From: Candidatus Anstonellales archaeon
GTDB taxonomy: Archaea > Micrarchaeota > Micrarchaeia > Anstonellales > J096
Reading direction: 5' to 3'
DNA: 10,974 bases
Assembly (NCBI GenBank): GCA_038740615.1
Contig: JAVYLQ010000019.1
Coordinates: 1-10,974 of the forward strand
The notes below the pieces were generated by a model. That model worked only from the letters and a program-made list of their open reading frames with translations, was not told the origin of the DNA and did not search any database. Shown piece after piece: positions 1 to 7,291 of the stretch (position 1 is the first letter of the stretch; every line of letters starts with the position of its first letter). A program made the translations under genes and the position numbers.

Positions 1-1
1 C

Positions 2-133
2 AAAATAATTCAGGATCAATATGATGAGAAAGAAACTAGAATTTATCCGAGTTTTCTTTTTAGATACCCTCTATTAATAGCAACATATGATGGCCCTCTA
101 TATAAATTTTTAAAGAGTCTCTATCAGTTTTAA
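2..133 (+). CDS. 3' end of a gene entering from the left edge (partial, product unknown)
   Basis: Frame 2 is open from the window edge: KIIQDQYDEKETRIYPSFLFRYPLLIATYDGPLYKFLKSLYQF, then TAA at 131-133. It overlaps the convergent 110..439 ORF by 24 nt, like other tail-to-tail overlaps in this window. Confidence 0.55.
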   Translation, partial: KIIQDQYDEKETRIYPSFLFRYPLLIATYDGPLYKFLKSLYQF

Positions 134-439
134 TAATTCCTCATCGTAGTAGACATTTTTCAATATTCTGATTACATTATCACGATCCAATCTTTCTGGC
201 CATTTATTATTTTTAAAAATATAATCTTTCAATCTCTTCATAGCTCCCTCTACAGCTTCTCTTGTTTGCTGATTCTTGTATCTTATATCTTTGAAATTAT
301 TGAGAATATTTATATCCGTCTCATCGAGATTGTGTGGTTGAGATGATTTGTGAGCATTATTATCATATACTCTAGAATTTATTATAGGTTTTTCAACAAT
401 AATATCTGGATTAGTTCTTCTTAGAATCCTCTCTGCCAT
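110..439 (-). CDS. hypothetical protein, 109 aa, soluble
   Basis: ORF fills the space between flanking genes. A TATA-like TTAAAAAG lies about 25 nt upstream of the ATG. No recognisable motif. Confidence 0.65.
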   Translation of the reverse strand: MAERILRRTNPDIIVEKPIINSRVYDNNAHKSSQPHNLDETDINILNNFKDIRYKNQQTREAVEGAMKRLKDYIFKNNKWPERLDRDNVIRILKNVYYDEELLKLIETL

Positions 440-472
440 TGTTATATTATATATGCAAAACTCTTTTTAAAT

Positions 473-1744
473 TCATCTGAATAGAATACTTACAAAAATA
501 AGCATAATGAGACCAAACGATAGTATTTTGAGTAAAATTCTTCCCCTATCCTTGAGAATAGTTTCTACTACTTGCCCCCCGTCTATAAAGTACACTGGAA
601 ACATATTAGTTATTGATATTATCAGATTCAATGTGAATAGCATGAATAATAAATTGTATAAAAAGTCTAGAAATGGATTATCATAGATTCTGAATATGGA
701 ATTTGAGGGCAGAGGTGAATACTTCACATACCTGTTCAATTGGAAATCTCCATAATTTGTCTCTAGAATAGAATCATTATTGAGAAATGCTGCCGTACAC
801 GGCACACCATCTATTTTCTTAATAATTACATATTTATCTGGAATTACATCATTACTTATACAGGCCCCTACTACAGAGAAGGGTTCAGTTAATATTAGAA
901 ATATCCATAGAACTAAGAAAAAGATCATGCTGAAAAACAAATTTACTCCTACTCCAGCTAATAATATATCTGTTTTCTTGGAGCTCTCTGTTAAGTTCTT
1001 GAACTGATCATCATCAGGCTCTACAAAAGCTCCTACAGGAATTGCCCCGTATGTTATTAATCCTGTACTCCTAATAGGTATATTGTATTTCATAGCAATA
1101 ACAGCATGAGCAAGTTCGTGTACTATCATAACAAACCCTAGAGCAAATATAGATTCAAGAAATGGTAAGGTAATGCCTGGAATTAGAGGAGTTACTATAG
1201 TGGTACTCACCTGCCCTTCTAATGATATTTCTCTCCATAGTCTTAAGAATCCGTTCAGTAGAGAGAATACAAACCAACCTACCACTCCACTCAACAATAA
1301 TATAAGAGATGATAGAGAAATAGGTGGAGAGTAGGAAGGGTTATTGGTAATTACAAATTTGGATAGAGCAATTTGATACATTATAGCTATTATAAACAGT
1401 AACATGATCGATGTTAAATAGGTTAATATTCTATGTTTATACTTTTGTGGAAAGAGAAAAATTCCTAGAAACCCAAACATAACATGGAAGGCAATTCTTG
1501 AGAGAAATGTTATAAATTCGCTCAACCATATGAAATCTTTTATTATATTGTTAAACCTGACTGTTCTAACCATGTTAAATAATCCCATTACTGGTTCAGC
1601 TCTATAGAATATATACAGAGAATATGCTGATAAGAACCCCCATATTCCTAATAGGATTAGGGCTAATAGAGAGGAGATTGATAAATCGATTAGAATTTTG
1701 ATAAGTATTGATGTAGCTAGAAAGATCGCTATATATCCAACCAT
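473..1744 (-). CDS. site-2 protease (M50 family intramembrane Zn metalloprotease)
   Basis: HELAH (HExxH) inside a hydrophobic helix, GAFVEP motif, LAGVGVN, and C-terminal NMFPVYFIDGG (NxxPxxxxDG). Many transmembrane segments. Confidence 0.93.
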   Translation of the reverse strand: MVGYIAIFLATSILIKILIDLSISSLLALILLGIWGFLSAYSLYIFYRAEPVMGLFNMVRTVRFNNIIKDFIWLSEFITFLSRIAFHVMFGFLGIFLFPQKYKHRILTYLTSIMLLFIIAIMYQIALSKFVITNNPSYSPPISLSSLILLLSGVVGWFVFSLLNGFLRLWREISLEGQVSTTIVTPLIPGITLPFLESIFALGFVMIVHELAHAVIAMKYNIPIRSTGLITYGAIPVGAFVEPDDDQFKNLTESSKKTDILLAGVGVNLFFSMIFFLVLWIFLILTEPFSVVGACISNDVIPDKYVIIKKIDGVPCTAAFLNNDSILETNYGDFQLNRYVKYSPLPSNSIFRIYDNPFLDFLYNLLFMLFTLNLIISITNMFPVYFIDGGQVVETILKDRGRILLKILSFGLIMLIFVSILFR

Positions 1745-2970
1745 TCTCCAACGCCTATTGATCTAGCATCATAGCCCAGCTCAGACCTCAATTCTTCCTC
1801 AAATATTTCGCTAGAATCAGAATGAACCAGAATGATCTTTTCAGGCTGAACTCTATCTATAAAGTTGAGTATATCCTCCCTATCAGCATGTGCAGATAGG
1901 CTAAAATTATAAACTGGTAAATCCACTTTCAACTCCACATCATTCAATTTGATTTTACCAAAATTTATCAATCTATATCCATTACTCTGTTTAACCTGAT
2001 ATCCTGTAAGAATTATTCTGGATTTTCTATTCAAGTTAAATACATAGTAGAGTGCAGGTCCTCCCTCTAACATACCTGAGGAGGATATTATTATAGCTGG
2101 TTCATCTGTGATTTTGGATCTCTTCCTATTATTCTCTACTTCCTCTATACTATTCAATTTAGATATGAATTTAGAATCATTCAGTTCATTGTAGTATGCT
2201 TTATAGACTCTATTAATCTTCTTGCCAAGGCCATCAACATATATAGGAACTCTGTTCTTATATCTCTCAACTAATATAGATATTAATTCCTGAGTTCTCC
2301 CTAGAGAGAATGCAGGAAATAGAGCTACACCACCATTGTCTAGGGTCTGATCAACTACTTCATATATTCTATCAATCTGACTTTTTCTATCTGGATGGTT
2401 TTGATACCAATAAGTAGATTCTATTATCAGAACATCTGCATCAGGGGGATTATCAGCTTTTCTTAATAGCTCAGTATTTTTGTATTTGAAATCTCCTGTA
2501 TAAAGTATTGTTCTATCCTTTATTTCTATGTTTATCATTGCTGCCCCCAACAAATGTCCTGCATATAGTGCCATGAATCGGATTCCATAAGATGAATTCC
2601 ATAGGTTATAATCTAGCAGTTCTGCTCTTCTCAATATTGTTTTAATATCTCTGACTGAGTAATCTGGTTTTCTATTGTTTAGTTTAGCTACTTTTATAGC
2701 ATCTATCCACATATGCTCTGATTCTAACAGAGTAGGTTTGGTTAGAAAAAGGGGGATTTTAGATGCTAGTGCAGGTACATATCCAGAATGATCCATATGT
2801 GCATGAGATAATATGAGGAATTTTAGATTATCCTGAACGACAGGATATTCTATACTCCTATCCTCTAGAACCTTTATACCTGCATCTAGACCAAACCTCA
2901 ATCCATTATAATCTACTACAAAATGGGATCTCCCCACTTCTCTTCCAGCACCTCCACAGAACAATTTCAT
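1729..2970 (-). CDS. MBL-fold beta-CASP ribonuclease without KH domains (aCPSF2/aCPSF1b-like)
   Basis: Motifs GAGREVGRS, DAG, SHAHMDH (HxHxDH), AGHLLG, YTGD, ESTY, PAFSLGRTQE, SAHAD and LVH. Start moved to the ATG at 2970 because AGGTG (2981-2977) forms a Shine-Dalgarno 6 nt upstream, and the track's GTG at 2979 is part of that site. Confidence 0.92.
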   Translation of the reverse strand: MKLFCGGAGREVGRSHFVVDYNGLRFGLDAGIKVLEDRSIEYPVVQDNLKFLILSHAHMDHSGYVPALASKIPLFLTKPTLLESEHMWIDAIKVAKLNNRKPDYSVRDIKTILRRAELLDYNLWNSSYGIRFMALYAGHLLGAAMINIEIKDRTILYTGDFKYKNTELLRKADNPPDADVLIIESTYWYQNHPDRKSQIDRIYEVVDQTLDNGGVALFPAFSLGRTQELISILVERYKNRVPIYVDGLGKKINRVYKAYYNELNDSKFISKLNSIEEVENNRKRSKITDEPAIIISSSGMLEGGPALYYVFNLNRKSRIILTGYQVKQSNGYRLINFGKIKLNDVELKVDLPVYNFSLSAHADREDILNFIDRVQPEKIILVHSDSSEIFEEELRSELGYDARSIGVGEWLDI

Positions 2971-2976
2971 ATTATA

Positions 2977-2981
2977 CACCT
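2977..2981 (-). promoter_or_regulatory. Shine-Dalgarno (AGGTG) of the beta-CASP gene
   Basis: Minus strand reads CTGA-AGGTG-TATAAT-ATG, matching the archaeal GGTGA-type SD. Confidence 0.7.
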
Positions 2982-3038
2982 TCAGCTTTGGGTCTTTTCC
3001 TCACCATAATCAGATTCATCCGATTTTCATCACACCGG
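2980..3038 (-). ncRNA. box C/D methylation-guide sRNA (sRNA-1)
   Basis: Minus strand: GTGATGA (C, 3033-3027) - AAATCGGATGAAT (13 nt guide) - CTGA (D', 3013-3010) - TTATG - GTGAGGA (C', 3004-2998) - AAAGACCCAAAG (12 nt guide) - CTGA (D, 2985-2982). Canonical archaeal order and spacing, intergenic. Exact ends are uncertain. Confidence 0.88.
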
Positions 3039-3059
3039 AATTATATAGGATGTTTTTTT

Positions 3060-3067
3060 TATTTAAA
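3060..3067 (-). promoter_or_regulatory. putative TATA box for the sRNA-1 / beta-CASP / S2P unit
   Basis: TTTAAATA on the minus strand, about 25 nt upstream of the predicted sRNA 5' end. Confidence 0.55.
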
Positions 3068-3595
3068 CTAATCCTTAAAAACCCTTTTCTTGATCTTCTC
3101 ATTTTGAAAGCCTTCTATTCTTTTTATAGCTTCGTCAACGAATGGCTCGGGATCATCTATAGCATCCAGTGAGAACTCACTCAATTTGATATCAGTTGCT
3201 GCAGTAGAAATTATTACTTGTCCTACTCCAAGTAATCTGTGTATTATATCATATCTAATAGCAATATTCTGGATTTTAACATATGGGATTCTCTCTATTC
3301 TCTTCCTTATAATCCCATATTCTATTATTAGATTGTGATCGGTAAAGGTATACTTAAAATTCCTCCATTTCAACTCAATATAGATATAGTATATGAAGAG
3401 TAATATTGATAGTCCAATTAATCCTAATACGAACATCGTATCGAATATTAAAGAAAGAGGATTTACGAATATGTTGGTTATGAAGCTCAATATTATAAAA
3501 ATTATCATAATTCCTAGAATACTTAAAACTACATTTAGCATCCATATGATCTTTACTTTAGGAGATAAATTGTAGGCTGTATTTAACTTTATCAT
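3068..3595 (-). CDS. membrane-anchored bacterial-PH-domain (bPH_2, YdbS-like) protein
   Basis: Two N-terminal TM helices followed by WRNFKYTFTD..LIIEYGII...RIPYVKIQNI......IHRLLGVGQVIISTA, the typical bPH_2 pattern. Confidence 0.85.
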   Translation of the reverse strand: MIKLNTAYNLSPKVKIIWMLNVVLSILGIMIIFIILSFITNIFVNPLSLIFDTMFVLGLIGLSILLFIYYIYIELKWRNFKYTFTDHNLIIEYGIIRKRIERIPYVKIQNIAIRYDIIHRLLGVGQVIISTAATDIKLSEFSLDAIDDPEPFVDEAIKRIEGFQNEKIKKRVFKD

Positions 3596-3621
3596 TATTA
3601 TTTGATTTTAATAATATTTTT

Positions 3622-3831
3622 TTAAACTTTATTCATAATTTCCTCTGCAGTACTGGTAAGTCTAAGTATACTATTTAGTATCTGTCTGGCTCTTATGGAG
3701 CTTTCTGAATATATTCTAATTACTAATCTATTCGAATCCAATTCCATATCAAAACCTCCGACCTTGTATATTGGATATAGAAGATTATAAAGGGCCTTAG
3801 GATCCTCTCTAAACTCTAGAATTATCAACAT
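3622..3831 (-). CDS. pcc1: KEOPS complex subunit Pcc1 (t6A tRNA modification)
   Basis: 69 aa with the Pcc1-like layout ..ALYNLLYP.. LVIRIYSESSIRARQILNSILRL..AEEI, resembling the LxIxIxAxDxxxLRAxxNSxLRL pattern. Confidence 0.72.
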   Translation of the reverse strand: MLIILEFREDPKALYNLLYPIYKVGGFDMELDSNRLVIRIYSESSIRARQILNSILRLTSTAEEIMNKV

Positions 3832-4121
3832 TTTAGATCAAACACCTTATAATAGCCTCTATTAGTATCTAATACGACAGCTGTTGGGCACCTATCTACG
3901 TAGATACTTTCATTATAATCATATGTCATATTGCCTGGGAATACTGTAAGTGAATATACTTTAACATTAGTATTTAGTTCGAAAATCAATCTACCCTCAT
4001 CGTATTTTATAGATATTAAGCTCTCTAGCTCTTTTGGTTTTATTATATATTTTGATCCCCAAAGAACCATCATGATAGCTATTATCAACAACCACATCGT
4101 AAGTATATATTCCAATCTCAT
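3825..4121 (-). CDS. hypothetical protein with N-terminal TM/signal anchor and small beta-rich domain
   Basis: Hydrophobic N-terminus. ATGA overlap with the upstream ATPase stop (4118-4121) and 7 nt overlap with pcc1 indicate translational coupling. Confidence 0.7.
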   Translation of the reverse strand: MRLEYILTMWLLIIAIMMVLWGSKYIIKPKELESLISIKYDEGRLIFELNTNVKVYSLTVFPGNMTYDYNESIYVDRCPTAVVLDTNRGYYKVFDLKC

Positions 4122-5551
4122 CTTACATCCCTATTATCAGAAACATAATTTCCATAATCAATAGTAAGATTCTTCCACCAGTTATTACCAACAATAGATC
4201 TAATCTGTGATTCAACTGGTTTTGCTATTTTTAGAGCTTCCTGAACATGCCTACTTAGAATATACTCTTCCTCATCTAAAACAGCTAGATCTCCAGCAAC
4301 CCTAATGATCCCTCCTAAGTATCTTAGTCTTAGAGTTAATCCATTAACATCGTCATAGTTCTTAGCTATCATCTTAGAGACTTTTATTATCTCCTGTAGA
4401 GCAGAGATATGTGCATGGGGAATTTTACCATCATTAACTATTTCCTGGGCTACAAATTGATATGTTTTGTATATATTCTCCTCATTGATCGGCATCCATG
4501 TGTTCAACAGTATTTCATATCCATAACCTGATATTCTATTCCTTAGCGCCGGATGTATACTATCTAGATCAACTACATTAATAGCTCCTACTAATATGAA
4601 ATCGCATGGTACGTTTTCTACCTTAACCACTGCTCCAGTCCCATGTGTGTTCTTAGCAGCAATAGGAAACTTTTTATCTTGCATAGCTGTTAGCAACCCT
4701 CTCTGGATATTAGGTTCCATTGTGGATAGTTCGTCTATATATAGAATTCCTTCATGAGCCTCATGTACTGCACCAGGAACTACTCTCTCATGGTGGGGAG
4801 AGCCTAGATCTGGATGGGCTCCATACGGATCATGTTCTACATCACCGAACATCTCAGATTCAGTCTTAGCTACTACCTGAACGAATAGAGGCCTATCAAA
4901 TGGAACTATTATTTTTCTATCATAATTATCCATATCTATTCTAGATAGGATTGCATCAGGTATGGGAGTATTATCTTTAGGTTTTTGATATTTATAGACT
5001 TTATCATCATCAACAAAATATATCTCCATTACATAATCTCCATTATCTAGAATCGTGTTCTTGGTAATGAAATTCCTCTTCTTATCAAACTTATACATAA
5101 AAGTAGGATTTCTGGAAGAAGATTTTTTGTTTAGACAGTAAGGACAGATATCCTTACTAGGTTCACTATAACCTCCACATTGTTTGCATCTTATCCCAAG
5201 TTTATCGGCTACATCATCAGGGATCATCTCGTAAGGTATTGGTTTTAGGTTGTACTCAAATTGATTTTTCCCATCTCTACGTTCAATTCTTAATATCGGT
5301 CTTTGAGGTTTCTTTGGGTTGTACTGGACAGAAATTTGCTCTTTGGGTAGTGGTAGTGCGCTCGCCATTGCCTTTCCTATCATACTCTTACCAATTCCCG
5401 GAGGACCTACTAGAAGTATGTGCCTTCTCTGTCTAACGGCCATCTTTACCAATCTTATTGCATTATCCTGTCCAATTATCTTTTGAAACTCATCATTTGG
5501 TATCTGTATATCTTTAGTAGAAAATATATCATCGACTGACTTTACAATCAT
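4118..5551 (-). CDS. LonB-related AAA+ ATPase lacking the Lon protease domain
   Basis: IIGQD, Walker A GPPGIGKS, LonB-type FGDVEHDPY / RVVPGAVHEAHEG, Walker B LYIDE, VPCDF, HPALRNRI, LTLRLRYLGGIIRVAGD. The protein ends shortly after the AAA lid. Confidence 0.88.
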   Translation of the reverse strand: MIVKSVDDIFSTKDIQIPNDEFQKIIGQDNAIRLVKMAVRQRRHILLVGPPGIGKSMIGKAMASALPLPKEQISVQYNPKKPQRPILRIERRDGKNQFEYNLKPIPYEMIPDDVADKLGIRCKQCGGYSEPSKDICPYCLNKKSSSRNPTFMYKFDKKRNFITKNTILDNGDYVMEIYFVDDDKVYKYQKPKDNTPIPDAILSRIDMDNYDRKIIVPFDRPLFVQVVAKTESEMFGDVEHDPYGAHPDLGSPHHERVVPGAVHEAHEGILYIDELSTMEPNIQRGLLTAMQDKKFPIAAKNTHGTGAVVKVENVPCDFILVGAINVVDLDSIHPALRNRISGYGYEILLNTWMPINEENIYKTYQFVAQEIVNDGKIPHAHISALQEIIKVSKMIAKNYDDVNGLTLRLRYLGGIIRVAGDLAVLDEEEYILSRHVQEALKIAKPVESQIRSIVGNNWWKNLTIDYGNYVSDNRDVR

Positions 5552-5598
5552 ATATCTATAAACAAAATTTCTTTTTTTAAAACTATCATCACTGTATT
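5552..5598. promoter_or_regulatory. compact divergent promoter region
   Basis: 47 bp between divergent ATGs with a central TTTTTTTAAAA tract (about 5572-5582) that reads as TATA-like on both strands. No obvious SD. Confidence 0.5.
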
Positions 5599-6516
5599 AT
5601 GGAGTATCTTATCCCATCATCGTCACACTTAAGATACTTTACAGGATTGGATATAGAACATATTTTTATGTTCCAGAATACAATCTACACTTACGATCTA
5701 AACATGAAATTAGTGAAAGCATCTTACAAGGGAAATGTAAAGCATGTACAATACCTATTTGAAGATTTGAAAAACAGAGATATAAAAGCCCCGCTAAAAA
5801 ATTTAGACGCCAGATTCTATAACAAGATATCTAAGTACGTAAGATCGATTCAAGATTGTACAGATGAGTTCTATCTGATAAGAATGAACAAAGAACCATA
5901 TGAATTGAATAGGATACGACGGGCTGCCATGAATAGCTTAAGGATTATGTATGATCTAGTAGATGAGATAGATCCTTCGATGACTGAGAAAGAGATAGAG
6001 GCCCTACTGAAGATCAGAACTGCAAATCACGAACTATCTTTTAGACCTATTGTAGCTTCGTATAGTAATGCAAAATATCCACATTACTATGCAAGAGATG
6101 TTAAGATCGGAGCCGGAGTGATGATAGATTTTGGATTAGAATATAAAGGATACAAAGCAGACATAACTGATTTTGTGATATTCGATAGTGAATATTTACA
6201 AGATAAATATAGTAAATTACAGAAAATATTCGAATATATAGTTGATCGATTATCTCCTGGTATGTTAGCCAGCAAATTACACAAAATCTATATAGAGGCG
6301 TATAAAAAGTATAATCTCCCTCTACCTCCGCATGCTATAGGTCATGGAATAGGGTTAGATATTCATGAATATCCTATAATATCTGAATCTTCAGATCACG
6401 TTCTTATGAATACTATAATCACCATAGAACCAGGTTACTATAATGATAGATATGGTATGAGATATGAGAGAGATGTGATAATATATGATGATGGAATTGA
6501 AGTTTTAGATATCTAA
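5599..6516 (+). CDS. M24 family metallopeptidase (Xaa-Pro dipeptidase / aminopeptidase P-like)
   Basis: N-terminal LRYFTG, RMNKEPYEL, PH, and metal ligands in IDFG, ADIT, GHGIGLDIHE, TIEPG and RYE. Confidence 0.92.
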   Translation: MEYLIPSSSHLRYFTGLDIEHIFMFQNTIYTYDLNMKLVKASYKGNVKHVQYLFEDLKNRDIKAPLKNLDARFYNKISKYVRSIQDCTDEFYLIRMNKEPYELNRIRRAAMNSLRIMYDLVDEIDPSMTEKEIEALLKIRTANHELSFRPIVASYSNAKYPHYYARDVKIGAGVMIDFGLEYKGYKADITDFVIFDSEYLQDKYSKLQKIFEYIVDRLSPGMLASKLHKIYIEAYKKYNLPLPPHAIGHGIGLDIHEYPIISESSDHVLMNTIITIEPGYYNDRYGMRYERDVIIYDDGIEVLDI

Positions 6517-6876
6517 TACGATCTCTAATCTATTGTTTTCATATTTCAAATCCCAATATGTGGCAGCTTTTATATTAGTACTCCACTGTCCAGGCTCATA
6601 GAAGACCTCTAACTTGCATTTAAACTCTTTGAGATCTGTTATTGTATATGATATTGGCCTTACTGATCGTATTTCTAGCTCAGCTATTATCGAATTTACC
6701 AATTGTACAAAAAACAGATCAGGATACTCCTCATCAATATGTATTATGAAACTCTCTCCTCTACTCTTCCCTTCTGGAACCCTCAATACATAACCAACTA
6801 ATTCCTTAACAATAGTATTTAAATCTCCGGAGATCACTAATTTAATATCAGCTGTATGATCTTCAATTCTTAGCAT
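6505..6876 (-). CDS. archease (RtcB tRNA-ligase activator)
   Basis: N-terminal DHTAD, IKAATY, and C-terminal LDI. Start placed at the ATG at 6876 (MLRIEDHTAD) because DHTAD normally lies within about 10 residues of the N-terminus. Confidence 0.9.
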   Translation of the reverse strand: MLRIEDHTADIKLVISGDLNTIVKELVGYVLRVPEGKSRGESFIIHIDEEYPDLFFVQLVNSIIAELEIRSVRPISYTITDLKEFKCKLEVFYEPGQWSTNIKAATYWDLKYENNRLEIVLDI

Positions 6877-7291
6877 TTCTGTCTCTGAAATATTGATCAT
6901 ATCCAGGCCCTAATACTAAAAATTCTCTGCGTCCAATCTTCTCTACTCTAATAAATTCTCTGTTCATTAGCTCCAAGAATTCTTCTTTAGAGAGTTTTCT
7001 AGTGGCCTCTGAACGAGGAATTTTTCCATGAACCTTTATTGCCCCAATTATCTTCAATTGCTTATCAGATAATTCCCTATTCCCATAATACTTAGCAATT
7101 CTATCCACATAATTGGGTTTTATCTCCATGATTAGATGATTGTTCTTTACAGTTATCCATAATACAGTATCCTTGTACTTCTCATTCAATCTATCTATGA
7201 TTTCCTGTATATTTCTATCCTGCAGATTATCCAAAGGTATTCCGTTGGGTTTTAGAAACAACAATCCTTCAATTACTTCATCATCCATCAT
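6863..7291 (-). CDS. scpB: SMC-Scp complex subunit ScpB (short, divergent)
   Basis: IEGLLF start, IIDRLNEKY, ELS..LK winged-helix pattern, EKIGR, and position directly downstream of scpA. SD AGGTGA at about 7300-7295 suggests the second ATG (7288) may be the true start. Confidence 0.8.
   Translation of the reverse strand: MMDDEVIEGLLFLKPNGIPLDNLQDRNIQEIIDRLNEKYKDTVLWITVKNNHLIMEIKPNYVDRIAKYYGNRELSDKQLKIIGAIKVHGKIPRSEATRKLSKEEFLELMNREFIRVEKIGRREFLVLGPGYDQYFRDRNAKN

Noticed and set aside
21..50. ATGATGA...CCGA as a possible C/D sRNA
   Set aside because: Spacing is too long (19 nt), there is no properly placed C'/D pair, and it lies inside the partial + strand CDS.
780..1007. 75 aa + strand ORF
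   Set aside because: Entirely antisense to the well-supported M50 protease, with no motif.
3393..3575. 60 aa + strand ORF
   Set aside because: Antisense shadow of the TM region of the bPH_2 gene.
3931..4164. 77 aa + strand ORF
   Set aside because: Antisense to translationally coupled minus-strand genes.
5239..5436. 65 aa + strand ORF
   Set aside because: Antisense to the Walker A region of the ATPase.
4118..5551. Intein or pseudogene explanation for the unusual Lon-like gene
   Set aside because: No intein terminal motifs (C/S start, HN-C/S/T end) around the insertion, the frame is intact, and the stop is coupled to the next gene.
5586..5592. GTGATGA C-box-like motif on the minus strand in the divergent gap
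   Set aside because: No CTGA D' or D box at the expected downstream distances.
6087..6284. 65 aa - strand ORF
   Set aside because: Antisense to the M24 catalytic domain.
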